Shown here: piece by piece, positions 55,078 through 63,266 of the stretch
Numbering within the stretch: position 1 is the stretch's first letter
Layout: each line of letters begins with the position of its first letter
NCBI GenBank assembly: GCA_009691445.1
Contig: SICL01000002.1
Location: 63 to 64,062, forward strand
Length of the DNA stretch: 64,000 nt
Direction: 5' to 3'
Source of the DNA: Candidatus Taenariivivens baikalensis
GTDB lineage: Bacteria > Omnitrophota > Omnitrophia > Omnitrophales > Aquincolibacteriaceae
Program-made: the position numbers and the translations under genes
Notes under the pieces: model-generated
What the model saw: the letters and a program-made list of their open reading frames with translations, nothing else
What the model was told of the DNA's origin: nothing
Databases searched by the model: none

Positions 55078-56249
55078 AGAAGAACACCGCTTGGGATATT
55101 AATAAGACGTGTTTCAATATCTTCGGCTGTCGATAAATCCATTCTCGGACATTCCGAGTACATGGGAAGGCGGTGCATGAGTGTCCAGCACGGACGTGTA
55201 CTCATTCCATTTTGATTTGTGATTTCAAGCAGCGGATTGCGCATTGACGCTTGATCGGCATCAAGAAGAAGTGCATTGAGCCAGTAATTGCTTTGAGATT
55301 CCTTAGGTTCGGTAAAAAAATGGATTCCGGATAAGCCTTCAAAAGCTTTTTGATAGCGTCCTGCAAGCTCTCGTTTATTTTTTAGAAAAAGAGGTATTTG
55401 TTCGAGCTGGGCACAACCAAGGGCTGCATTGATATTAGGAAGGCGGTAATTAAAACCTATTTCATCATGGGCGAAAAAATAGCCGTGAGGAATCCGAGCC
55501 GTTGTGGTGATATGTTTCAATTTTTGTGCGAGTTTTTCATTGTTTGTCAGAATGGCCCCGCCGCCTCCGGTGGTGATGATTTTGTTTCCATTAAAACTTA
55601 AAATCGTCAGATCGCCCCAGCTTCCGGTGTGCTTTCCCTGGTAATAAGAGCCAAGGGATTCTGCGGCATCTTCGATAAAAATAAGATTGTATTTTTTACA
55701 GAGCGTCTGAATGAGATCCGCCCGAAAGGGATGACCGAAGATATGAACACCGATTAAAGCTTTGATCGGATTTCCAGTCTTACGATTAACAAGCTGGCCA
55801 TTCTTAATCTGAGCAATAGTTTCAAGATACTGATCGAGTTTTTCCGGATCAACACCCAGGGTTTTTTGTTCCGAGTCAATCAAATGAGGAATGGCTCCCA
55901 AATAGCTTACCGCATTCGCTGTGGCGACAAAGGTGAGGGTGGGAATCAAGACTTCGTCGTTTGGAGCAATTCCCGAAATTTTGAGTGCCGCATGGAGTGC
56001 CGCCGTTCCATTAACAACTGCCACGGCCTTTTTTATTCCCGTAAATTGGACAAGATCATTTTCAAACCGATCTACATAAGTTCCAACCGATGAAACCCAC
56101 CCCGTGTCCAAACATTCTTTTACGTAATCCCACTCCTTGCCCGCAAAATGGGGTGCGTGAAGAGGGACGGGTAAAGATGATTCAGGAATACAACTTTTGA
56201 TTTTACGAAAAACCATTTCAAGATCTAATTCGATTTTAAGTTTTGTCAT
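55074..56249 (-). CDS. DegT-family aminotransferase (LegC/PglE-like, NDP-4-keto-6-deoxy-sugar 4-aminotransferase)
   Basis: 391 aa. AVAVVNGTAALHAAL, FNGNKIITTGGGG and DegT fold. Confidence 0.85.
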   Translation of the reverse strand: MTKLKIELDLEMVFRKIKSCIPESSLPVPLHAPHFAGKEWDYVKECLDTGWVSSVGTYVDRFENDLVQFTGIKKAVAVVNGTAALHAALKISGIAPNDEVLIPTLTFVATANAVSYLGAIPHLIDSEQKTLGVDPEKLDQYLETIAQIKNGQLVNRKTGNPIKALIGVHIFGHPFRADLIQTLCKKYNLIFIEDAAESLGSYYQGKHTGSWGDLTILSFNGNKIITTGGGGAILTNNEKLAQKLKHITTTARIPHGYFFAHDEIGFNYRLPNINAALGCAQLEQIPLFLKNKRELAGRYQKAFEGLSGIHFFTEPKESQSNYWLNALLLDADQASMRNPLLEITNQNGMSTRPCWTLMHRLPMYSECPRMDLSTAEDIETRLINIPSGVLL

Positions 56250-56252
56250 GAG

Positions 56253-57263
56253 TTAAAGATTGTAAAGATACGATTTGTATTGAGCTAAATTATTCCGATC
56301 AGAAAACCAATGAATGGTTTCCTGAAGCCCTTGAATTAAACCTTCTTTGCCTTCCGATTGCGGTTTCCACCCGGTCAAACGCTGTACCTTCGTCGCGTCT
56401 GCACAAAGACGTTTCACCTCACTTTTTAAGGGGCGCAAACGTTCGGCATCATTTTCCAGTTCAAGGGGCGTATGCATAAGTTCTGAAATAAGTTGCGCAA
56501 GATCCCCGATAGAAATTTCAAAGCCGGTCCCCAGATTCAAAATTTCACCGGTTGTGGCAGGCGATTCTGCGGCTGCTATAAACCCACGAACGGTATCCAA
56601 GACGAAATTAAAATCACGCGTAGGATGAAGGGCCCCGAGTTTGATTTTCTGTTTCCCATTTGCAAGCTGGGTAATGATCGTGGGGATTACTGCCCTCGCA
56701 GATTGCCGGGGGCCATAGGTATTGAAGGGTCTTACGATGGTGACAGGTAGATCAAAGGATTCATGAAATGACATGGCAATCTGATCTGCGCCTATTTTTG
56801 TGGCGGCATACGGTGATTGTCCATGCAAAGGATGTTTTTCCGTGATGGGAACCGTTTGCGCGCTTCCGTAAACCTCGCTTGTTGAGGTGTGGATGAATTT
56901 TTTAATACCCATGTCTCGCGCAGCCTGCAGTAAGTTGAGTGTTCCCTTGATGTTGGTGTCCACATAGGCATCGGGAGAATGATAGGAAAATGGAATTCCG
57001 ATAAGGGCGGCTAAATGGAAGATATAGTCACAGCCGTGAAGCGCTGTCCTTACTCCGTGAGGATCTCGAATGTCCCCCATAAAGATTTCGATTTTGTCTT
57101 GAATTTCCGGCTCTAAATGGTCTAACCAGCCCCAACTATTGAACGAGTTATAAAAAACGAAGGCACGGATATCACATCCGGAACGGACTAATGCTTCTGT
57201 TAAATGGGACCCGATAAAGCCGTCCGCACCGGTCACCAGTATTTTTGAATTTTTGAGATTCAA
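56253..57263 (-). CDS. NAD-dependent NDP-sugar 4,6-dehydratase/epimerase (LegB-like extended SDR)
   Basis: 336 aa. VTGADGFIGSHL, YAATK, and dTDP-glucose-4,6-dehydratase-like layout. It is the first biosynthetic step gene, adjacent to the aminotransferase. Confidence 0.75.
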   Translation of the reverse strand: MNLKNSKILVTGADGFIGSHLTEALVRSGCDIRAFVFYNSFNSWGWLDHLEPEIQDKIEIFMGDIRDPHGVRTALHGCDYIFHLAALIGIPFSYHSPDAYVDTNIKGTLNLLQAARDMGIKKFIHTSTSEVYGSAQTVPITEKHPLHGQSPYAATKIGADQIAMSFHESFDLPVTIVRPFNTYGPRQSARAVIPTIITQLANGKQKIKLGALHPTRDFNFVLDTVRGFIAAAESPATTGEILNLGTGFEISIGDLAQLISELMHTPLELENDAERLRPLKSEVKRLCADATKVQRLTGWKPQSEGKEGLIQGLQETIHWFSDRNNLAQYKSYLYNL

Positions 57264-57278
57264 GAAACCCTCCCGGAC

Positions 57279-57512
57279 TTAATCTTCGTCATGGATCCAT
57301 CGCCGGGCTTTGTTGTAAGCAATCCCGACTTTATTTTCCAATTTGGGTGAAAGGATACGTAAAAGTTCTTTTCCCATAATGCGGTATTGTTTTCCCACTT
57401 TAGCGGAGCGAATCAGGCCTTTTTTAATCATGCGCGCAAGTGTGCTGGTACTGACTTTGAGGATTTCTTCAGTTTCGGCTAAGGTATATACTTCGTTTTC
57501 TCTAATTTCCAT
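57279..57512 (-). CDS. Helix-turn-helix DNA-binding protein, excisionase/MerR-like (HTH_17) family
   Basis: The start MEIRENEVYTLAETEEILKVSTSTLARMIKKGLIRSAKVGKQYRI is about 77 aa. This is a classic excisionase-family HTH. Confidence 0.7.
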   Translation of the reverse strand: MEIRENEVYTLAETEEILKVSTSTLARMIKKGLIRSAKVGKQYRIMGKELLRILSPKLENKVGIAYNKARRWIHDED

Positions 57513-57617
57513 AGGTGCTCCATGTGGTAAGGTGCCACATAGTACCATTAGCCCTATTTAAGTGTCAATACCTGTCAAAATATAACATCAAGAGAGAGCA
57601 GGTAAATAGCCGTCCCA

Positions 57618-59756
57618 TTAATTCGAAAGGGTGTAGCGGACAAAGTCGTCGTGGGAGGCGTCTTTGGAGTCGGTGAAGTTGGACTCAGTGGAAATGATCT
57701 TCCGGAACAGGCTTTCAACATTGCTCACTCGAGTCACAATCTTACTCAATGCATTGGCATGAATTCCGTAGCGCAAGAATTGATCGCGGCGAACCGCTAG
57801 TTGGTCCTCCGTAAAAAGAAAGTCATAGCGGATCGTATGATCGCGCATAAACCGCGAAAGCGGGGTTCCCTCCGGGCTTTTCATCCAGCCCACGATATCT
57901 ACATTGCATTCAAGGCTTTTCGGCGTCAAATCCCCTTCATGATTAAGAACGCCTTTTAGTTTCATTTTGACAAACTGATTGAGAAGGTTGATCTCTTCTT
58001 CCGTTTCCTTCCATTTTTCCCGGGAAAGTTTTTCATGTGCGATCTGAATACAGATTTGCATGAGGTAATCCGCCCAGGCGTCGGCAGCAAAAGCAAGACT
58101 CATGGCCTTGTATTTATAAATAACATTGCCGCCAATTTCCCCATGATACAGCGCTTTGTAGTTAGCATCCTTTTCGTAGAAATGCAGCATTTCCTCGGCG
58201 GAGTTCCAAAGCTCTCCTTTGGTCTCAGTAATAAAACCTTCAAAAATTTTCTTTACGTCTCCTGGAGCTGAGTCCATCGCGCCGTAAACACGTAGGATAA
58301 AATCAAAAAGTTTGATATCAAACGACGCCGCATAACGAAAAAATTCATTAAAAGGACGGCTATTGTGCAGCACTTCCACCATCATGGCGAGCCCTCGGAT
58401 CCAGAGGTAGTCCTCAAAGGACATGTCTTTATTGGCGATTCCCACTTCTTCATAATCAAAAATTCTTTTGCCACCATACTCGCCAAAGTTGAGGGGAACA
58501 ATGCGGTACTTGCCCTTGATTTGAAATTCATTTCTGTACTCAGGCTCCTGAAAAGGGGTTCCGTGCAGAAGCATTAAGGAGTATGTACAGACCATGCTGA
58601 CTCCCGCTTCAAGGATATTTTGAACACCGCGTGTAAAAGTCTCCTTCGTTTCTCCCGGCAATCCCACGATTAGTTCGCCCTTGGTTGATCGCCCGCGTTC
58701 CGTCAGGGTTTTATTCACCGCCACATAGTGATCGAGTTTGATATTGGCACGCTTGATATTTTCAAGAACTTGCGGATCCATAGACTGGACCGACATGTTG
58801 ACGGAGAAAGTATTTCCCAGCATTTGAGTGATTTCAATGACATGCTCTTTTTTATTCTTTCCTGTGGTTGCCATGATTTGAAGAGGCCATCCATACTGAG
58901 TCTGAGCGGTTAAAAGTTCCTGGCAAATTTCTTTATCGCGGACATACATGCCAAAATTCGTATCGGCGATGTGGAGGTTTTTAATGCCGTGCTTTTTCAT
59001 GTAAGGCCCGACATAACGGATTTCATCGCGGATTCTTTCAAACGAAAACATGTTGATATGATTGAAGTATTGATTCCCGGTATGGCAGAACGTGCAGGCA
59101 AAAGGACATCCGCGATTGGTTTCCAAAAACGGTGTCAGCCTTCCGTCAAAAAAATGATCCAAAAGCCCAGAAAGGTACGGTGACGGTATATCGTCCAGTG
59201 ACTTCAATCGTTCGGGAGGCATTCCTTTAAGGAGCAGGGGCTCGGAACTGTTACGACTTTCAGGGACAATAAAGACGCAGCCATCGACGGGTTTTTCAAA
59301 TACCTTTTTCCGGTTCCCGCGGCTTTCAAGGATCCTTCCGACTAGGTTAGAAAAAGCAATCTCCCCTTCAAGTTCTACAAAAACATCGGTATTGGGATAC
59401 TGAAGCATGAATCCAAGTTGTAATTCGCTCCGGTGCGGGAAATTAGTCCCTCCCATGGAGGTAATGACATCGGGGTTTGCTTGCTTGGCAATGCCGGCGA
59501 CATGCTCAGAAAGGCGGCTGTTCCAGGAGTAATTACTTAAGGCGATAACATCCGGCGGATTATTTTGAATGGCTTCAATGACTGATGCAGGGTATTTGAA
59601 TAGCGAGACTTCAATATCTTCTCCGTAGATTTTCTTTGCATAAGCCGCAATAAATCCAATATTAATGGGAATGGTATCAGAAACTAAAACAAGCGTGTCG
59701 TGCGTCAGATCACACAGATAGATTTTTAATTTATCCTTTAAAGCCTTTTGTATCAT
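57618..59756 (-). CDS. B12-binding radical SAM enzyme (class B radical SAM, methyltransferase-like) with an ~260-aa C-terminal extension
   Basis: 712 aa. N-terminal cobalamin-binding Rossmann-like domain (DVIALSNYSWNS...). CPFACTFC radical SAM cysteine triad at roughly residues 217-224. Confidence 0.8.
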   Translation of the reverse strand: MIQKALKDKLKIYLCDLTHDTLVLVSDTIPINIGFIAAYAKKIYGEDIEVSLFKYPASVIEAIQNNPPDVIALSNYSWNSRLSEHVAGIAKQANPDVITSMGGTNFPHRSELQLGFMLQYPNTDVFVELEGEIAFSNLVGRILESRGNRKKVFEKPVDGCVFIVPESRNSSEPLLLKGMPPERLKSLDDIPSPYLSGLLDHFFDGRLTPFLETNRGCPFACTFCHTGNQYFNHINMFSFERIRDEIRYVGPYMKKHGIKNLHIADTNFGMYVRDKEICQELLTAQTQYGWPLQIMATTGKNKKEHVIEITQMLGNTFSVNMSVQSMDPQVLENIKRANIKLDHYVAVNKTLTERGRSTKGELIVGLPGETKETFTRGVQNILEAGVSMVCTYSLMLLHGTPFQEPEYRNEFQIKGKYRIVPLNFGEYGGKRIFDYEEVGIANKDMSFEDYLWIRGLAMMVEVLHNSRPFNEFFRYAASFDIKLFDFILRVYGAMDSAPGDVKKIFEGFITETKGELWNSAEEMLHFYEKDANYKALYHGEIGGNVIYKYKAMSLAFAADAWADYLMQICIQIAHEKLSREKWKETEEEINLLNQFVKMKLKGVLNHEGDLTPKSLECNVDIVGWMKSPEGTPLSRFMRDHTIRYDFLFTEDQLAVRRDQFLRYGIHANALSKIVTRVSNVESLFRKIISTESNFTDSKDASHDDFVRYTLSN

Positions 59757-59877
59757 GGGGTTTAGCTGCCTTTTCTCATGCTAAGATTAGGAATTAATTA
59801 AATGTTTGTCAAGACCGATTTGACCGCAGAGTTCGTTATGATCGCAATGTTATCAATGAAGTTCAATATTGCATGGG

Positions 59878-60822
59878 TCATGATTGAGTTTTGAGATACC
59901 AATCAATGGTATTCTTAAGGCCATCCGCGAGTGCTGTTTTTGCTTTGAAGCCAAAAAAATGTTCTGCGCGTGAAATATCAACACATCTCCGCGGCTGCCC
60001 ATTAGGCTTGGAATCGTCCCATTCGATATCGCCTTGAAATCCTGTCATTTTAACAATCATTTCTGTGACTTGACGGATTGAAATTTCCTGGCCGGTTCCC
60101 AGGTTTACGGGTTCTTTTCCGTTATAGTGAAGCAAGCCAAGGACAATTCCTTCAGCCGCATCCTCAGCATAAAAAAATTCACGTGTGGGTGAACCATCGC
60201 CCCAGCAGATAATTTTGTTATCTCCTTGTTTTTTAGCCTGGATGCATTTTCGAATAATTGCAGGAATGACATGCGAAGTATGAGGATCAAAATTATCCCT
60301 AGGTCCATACATATTCACCGGCATCAAATAAATACTGTTCAGACCGTATTGTTCCCGGTAAGTTTGAGCTTGAACGAGTAAAAGTTTTTTGGCAATCCCG
60401 TAGGGGGCATTTGTTTCTTCTGGATAGCCATTCCAGAGATCTTCTTCCTTGAAAGGAACCGGGCAGAATTTCGGATAGGAGCATATGGTTCCAAGGATCA
60501 AGAGTTTTTCTACCGGCACATGGCGGCAGGATTCGATCAGTTGAGATCCCATCATCAGATTTTCATAAAGAAATTTTCCGGGATTGACCTGATTGGCTCC
60601 GATACCTCCGACACTCCCTGCGGCATGAATGATATAGTCAGGACGCTGATCTTTAAGGAGGCGAACAACCGCTTCTTTTTCGATTAGATTGTAGTCTTTG
60701 CTGCGGGGTACAAAGATTTTTTTCGCGCCTTTTTCTCGAAGCTTTTCCACAATAAAGCTTCCCAAAAAACCAGCCCCACCCGTCACTACAATCACTTTAT
60801 CTTTTAAATCTGGGGCACTCAT
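59878..60822 (-). CDS. fcl: GDP-L-fucose synthase-like NDP-4-keto-6-deoxyhexose 3,5-epimerase/4-reductase (Fcl/WcaG family)
   Basis: The start [25 protein letters not shown] is chosen at 60822. It has Fcl-type motifs ([27 protein letters not shown]). Confidence 0.8.
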   Translation of the reverse strand: MSAPDLKDKVIVVTGGAGFLGSFIVEKLREKGAKKIFVPRSKDYNLIEKEAVVRLLKDQRPDYIIHAAGSVGGIGANQVNPGKFLYENLMMGSQLIESCRHVPVEKLLILGTICSYPKFCPVPFKEEDLWNGYPEETNAPYGIAKKLLLVQAQTYREQYGLNSIYLMPVNMYGPRDNFDPHTSHVIPAIIRKCIQAKKQGDNKIICWGDGSPTREFFYAEDAAEGIVLGLLHYNGKEPVNLGTGQEISIRQVTEMIVKMTGFQGDIEWDDSKPNGQPRRCVDISRAEHFFGFKAKTALADGLKNTIDWYLKTQS

Positions 60823-60832
60823 CGGGACATCC

Positions 60833-61792
60833 TTAGCGTGAGCGAAGTTTTTTGACCTGCTCTTCAATCCAGGGATAGGTGATCGCAATGCCGTTCTTAA
60901 GCTTAAATTGCGCCTGCCATCCGGTTCGATAAATTTTTTCATTACTAAAATTGCGGGAAAGAACACCCACGGGACCGTCGACAAATTTTTTCTTTATTTT
61001 TTTCTTGGCTATTTCAGCAACGATGTCGACCAAGTCGCTCACCGTCAGATATTCAGGATTTCCAATATTAGCGGGCCCTTCCACCTGGGATTGCATTAAG
61101 CGATAGATTCCGTCCACCATGTCATCGACGTAGGTGTAGGATCGAACCGCCGTGCCGTCACCCCAAATTTCAATGGCTCCCCCGTTTTCCGCTTCAGCAA
61201 CTTTCCGGCAGATAGCGGCCGGGGCTTTCTCGCGTCCTCCGTGCCAGGTCCCTTCGGGGCCATAACAATTCTGAAAGCGAGCAATCCGGATCACCATACC
61301 GTGCTTCCGTCCAAAAGCCAAAGCCATTCGTTCCGCATAAAGTTTTTCCCAACCGTACTCATTATCTGGAAGTGCGGGATAAGCATCCTCTTCCTTAAGC
61401 TCGGGAGCACCCGGTTTCATGTCGCGGTAGACGCAGGCCGAAGAAGAAAAAAAATAACGTTTAATTTTTTTTTCCGCAGCGCCAGCTGTCATATTGCTAT
61501 TGATCAAAGCATTATGACGCATGATATCGCATTCCGCCGAATGAATGAAACCCATCCCGCCCATATCGGCTGCTAAATTAAAAACTTCGTCAAATCCTTG
61601 AGGATCAGATAAAGCTTTCCGACACTGTTCCATGTCCCGCAAATCAAAGATCTGGAAATCATCGGCTTGGGTGGGAGAATATTCTGGACTTTTGATATCG
61701 ACTCCGCGAACCCAATAGCCTTCACGCTTCAGACGTTTGACCAAGTGATGGGCGATGAATCCCCCGGCACCGGTTACAAGCGCGCGTCTCAT
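60833..61792 (-). CDS. GDP-mannose 3,5-epimerase-like (GME family) extended SDR
   Basis: 319 aa. [19 protein letters not shown] and [28 protein letters not shown] correspond to my recollection of plant GME blocks ([46 protein letters not shown]). It is not Gmd-like. Confidence 0.7.
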   Translation of the reverse strand: MRRALVTGAGGFIAHHLVKRLKREGYWVRGVDIKSPEYSPTQADDFQIFDLRDMEQCRKALSDPQGFDEVFNLAADMGGMGFIHSAECDIMRHNALINSNMTAGAAEKKIKRYFFSSSACVYRDMKPGAPELKEEDAYPALPDNEYGWEKLYAERMALAFGRKHGMVIRIARFQNCYGPEGTWHGGREKAPAAICRKVAEAENGGAIEIWGDGTAVRSYTYVDDMVDGIYRLMQSQVEGPANIGNPEYLTVSDLVDIVAEIAKKKIKKKFVDGPVGVLSRNFSNEKIYRTGWQAQFKLKNGIAITYPWIEEQVKKLRSR

Positions 61793-61891
61793 GTTTCTTT
61801 AGCCTTTTTGATCTTGGTTATCCAAAAAAAAATGCTGAGCACAACATGACTTATCATCGGTCTCTTGGCTGAATTCTAAAGGGAATCCCAT

Positions 61892-62629
61892 TCAAGACAA
61901 AGGGGCGGCTAATTCAGCCTGAGAAGAGGCAAGTTGATGCGGATAGAAATTAGCAAAGCGGACATAATCATTTTTAAGGAAGTTCTTTACATACGAAAAA
62001 TTCAAATCGCGGATATCGGTCCATCGTTCTTTGCGGAACATAGCCGGACTTTTATTCAGGATTTCACAATTTTCTCCAAAATGTTTCACATAGTCGTCTT
62101 TATGCAAAAGAAACTGAGATTTTTTCAGGTAGACGGCATTATGAAACCGGCCGAAGAGCTTTGCGCGTCGATCCACCAGGGCCACATCTTCAAGATCTTT
62201 GAGAATCTTTATTCTACGGAAAACCCCTTCAATGATTTTGCGGAAAGGATAAAGCCAAAAGGGTATGTCTAGTTGAACCGACAGCTCGCTCAGTGTCGTT
62301 TTAGAGTCCGGATTTTCATAATATCGGAGCATTGTTTTTGTTTTAATGACATGGTGAATGCTGGGAAGCCATTCGGGGTGAGGTCTCAAATGGTGGTTAA
62401 TGAATGTCGCCGGGGCGCGGTATTCGCAGATGTAGGTTTGTCCAAATGTAATCCCGAAAACATTCCAGGTTTGATGGCATTTGTAATAACGGAGGCCCTT
62501 TTTAAGGACCTCAATCGATGCGGTCAGAGATTTATGGAGAAAAATATAGTGCTCGGCATCAAGGTAGACTGCTACCGCAATTGCAAGCGGCATGTCCATT
62601 TCATAACAAATCTTAAAATGGTATTTCAT
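61892..62629 (-). CDS. Rieske-oxygenase catalytic (mononuclear non-heme Fe) domain protein, encoded separately from its Rieske domain
   Basis: 245 aa. N-terminal YLDAEHYIFLH matches the DxxHxxxxH 2-His iron motif of Rieske oxygenase alpha-subunit catalytic domains. The start overlaps the Rieske ORF stop by ATGA. Confidence 0.5.
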   Translation of the reverse strand: MKYHFKICYEMDMPLAIAVAVYLDAEHYIFLHKSLTASIEVLKKGLRYYKCHQTWNVFGITFGQTYICEYRAPATFINHHLRPHPEWLPSIHHVIKTKTMLRYYENPDSKTTLSELSVQLDIPFWLYPFRKIIEGVFRRIKILKDLEDVALVDRRAKLFGRFHNAVYLKKSQFLLHKDDYVKHFGENCEILNKSPAMFRKERWTDIRDLNFSYVKNFLKNDYVRFANFYPHQLASSQAELAAPLS

Positions 62630-63069
62630 AGAAACTTAGGCACATCAATGACAAGCTCATTTTGTATAATCTCGCAGGGAAATTCCCGGAATTTATAGTG
62701 GGGAGTTTTGTACTGATCCATTTTTCCTGCGGCGAGAGGCTGTATCCAGATTTTTTCATTGGGGTTTTCAAGAAGTGACAAACTGGTTTTGGAGTATCGA
62801 TAACCATGCCAGGGGCAAACAAGAGCATTCGTTTTTGAACAAAGCCAGCCTTGAGACAAAGGGCCGCCCATATGGGGGCAGACATCATGAAATGCCCGCC
62901 ACGTCTTTCCGTCATGAAGGATAACAACTGTAAGATCAAGGCTAATTTTCTTTGAGTTGACCTGATCTTCCTTGAGTGCACTTAGAGGTACAGCGATACA
63001 ACATTTTTTTTCTTCGGCGAGCTGTTGATACATGGATTTATTGTATCGCAGGCGCCCACGCAGGGTCAA
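62626..63069 (-). CDS. Rieske [2Fe-2S] domain protein
   Basis: CPHMGGPLSQG ... CPWHGYRY (CxH-x16-CxxH). The start may be the internal Met (MYQQLAEEKK) at 63033. Confidence 0.8.
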   Translation of the reverse strand: MTLRGRLRYNKSMYQQLAEEKKCCIAVPLSALKEDQVNSKKISLDLTVVILHDGKTWRAFHDVCPHMGGPLSQGWLCSKTNALVCPWHGYRYSKTSLSLLENPNEKIWIQPLAAGKMDQYKTPHYKFREFPCEIIQNELVIDVPKFL

Positions 63070-63099
63070 TCAGGATGATGGTGTCGGGTGCCTACTCGG

Positions 63100-63220
63100 A
63101 CCACTCGGTACAGTCATTGCGAGTCCCGCGCCTTGGCGGAGACGCGGCAATCCCTGGGCACAACCCGATATTGCTCTCGCTGCGGCTCGCACCAACGGTT
63201 GAGAGTTTTCTCGCAATACC
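63100..63220. repeat. Intergenic palindromic repeat element, copy E (GTCATTGCGAG ... GCGGCAATCCC ... TCTCGCAATACC)
   Basis: Same core motif as copies A-D. It lies in the 197-bp gap between the Rieske gene and the terminal membrane-protein gene. Confidence 0.5.
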
Positions 63221-63266
63221 AAGCGTATGAAGTTTTGGTAGGACCAATGATGTCGGGATGTTGGAG

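Noticed and set aside
57279-59756. Integrated mobile element (excisionase-like HTH next to a large unusual gene)
   Set aside because: No integrase, transposase, att-like direct repeats or tRNA target is present in the window, and the flanking genes are all glycan biosynthesis. It is treated as a local regulator.
60833-61792. Annotation as GDP-mannose 4,6-dehydratase (Gmd), which would be expected next to fcl
   Set aside because: It lacks the Gmd-type N-terminus and motifs. Instead it shares long blocks with GDP-mannose 3,5-epimerase ([22 protein letters not shown]).
62600-62640. Frameshift or pseudogene explanation for the split Rieske oxygenase
   Set aside because: Not fully rejected. The clean ATGA stop/start overlap, and the start falling right at the domain boundary, favour a genuine two-gene arrangement. 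A single-base sequencing error cannot be excluded without reads.
430-63220. The palindromic repeats as tRNA genes, CRISPR repeats or an IS element
   Set aside because: No cloverleaf-compatible structure or anticodon arm is present. Copies are irregularly spaced kilobases apart with no spacer-array organisation. There is no transposase ORF.
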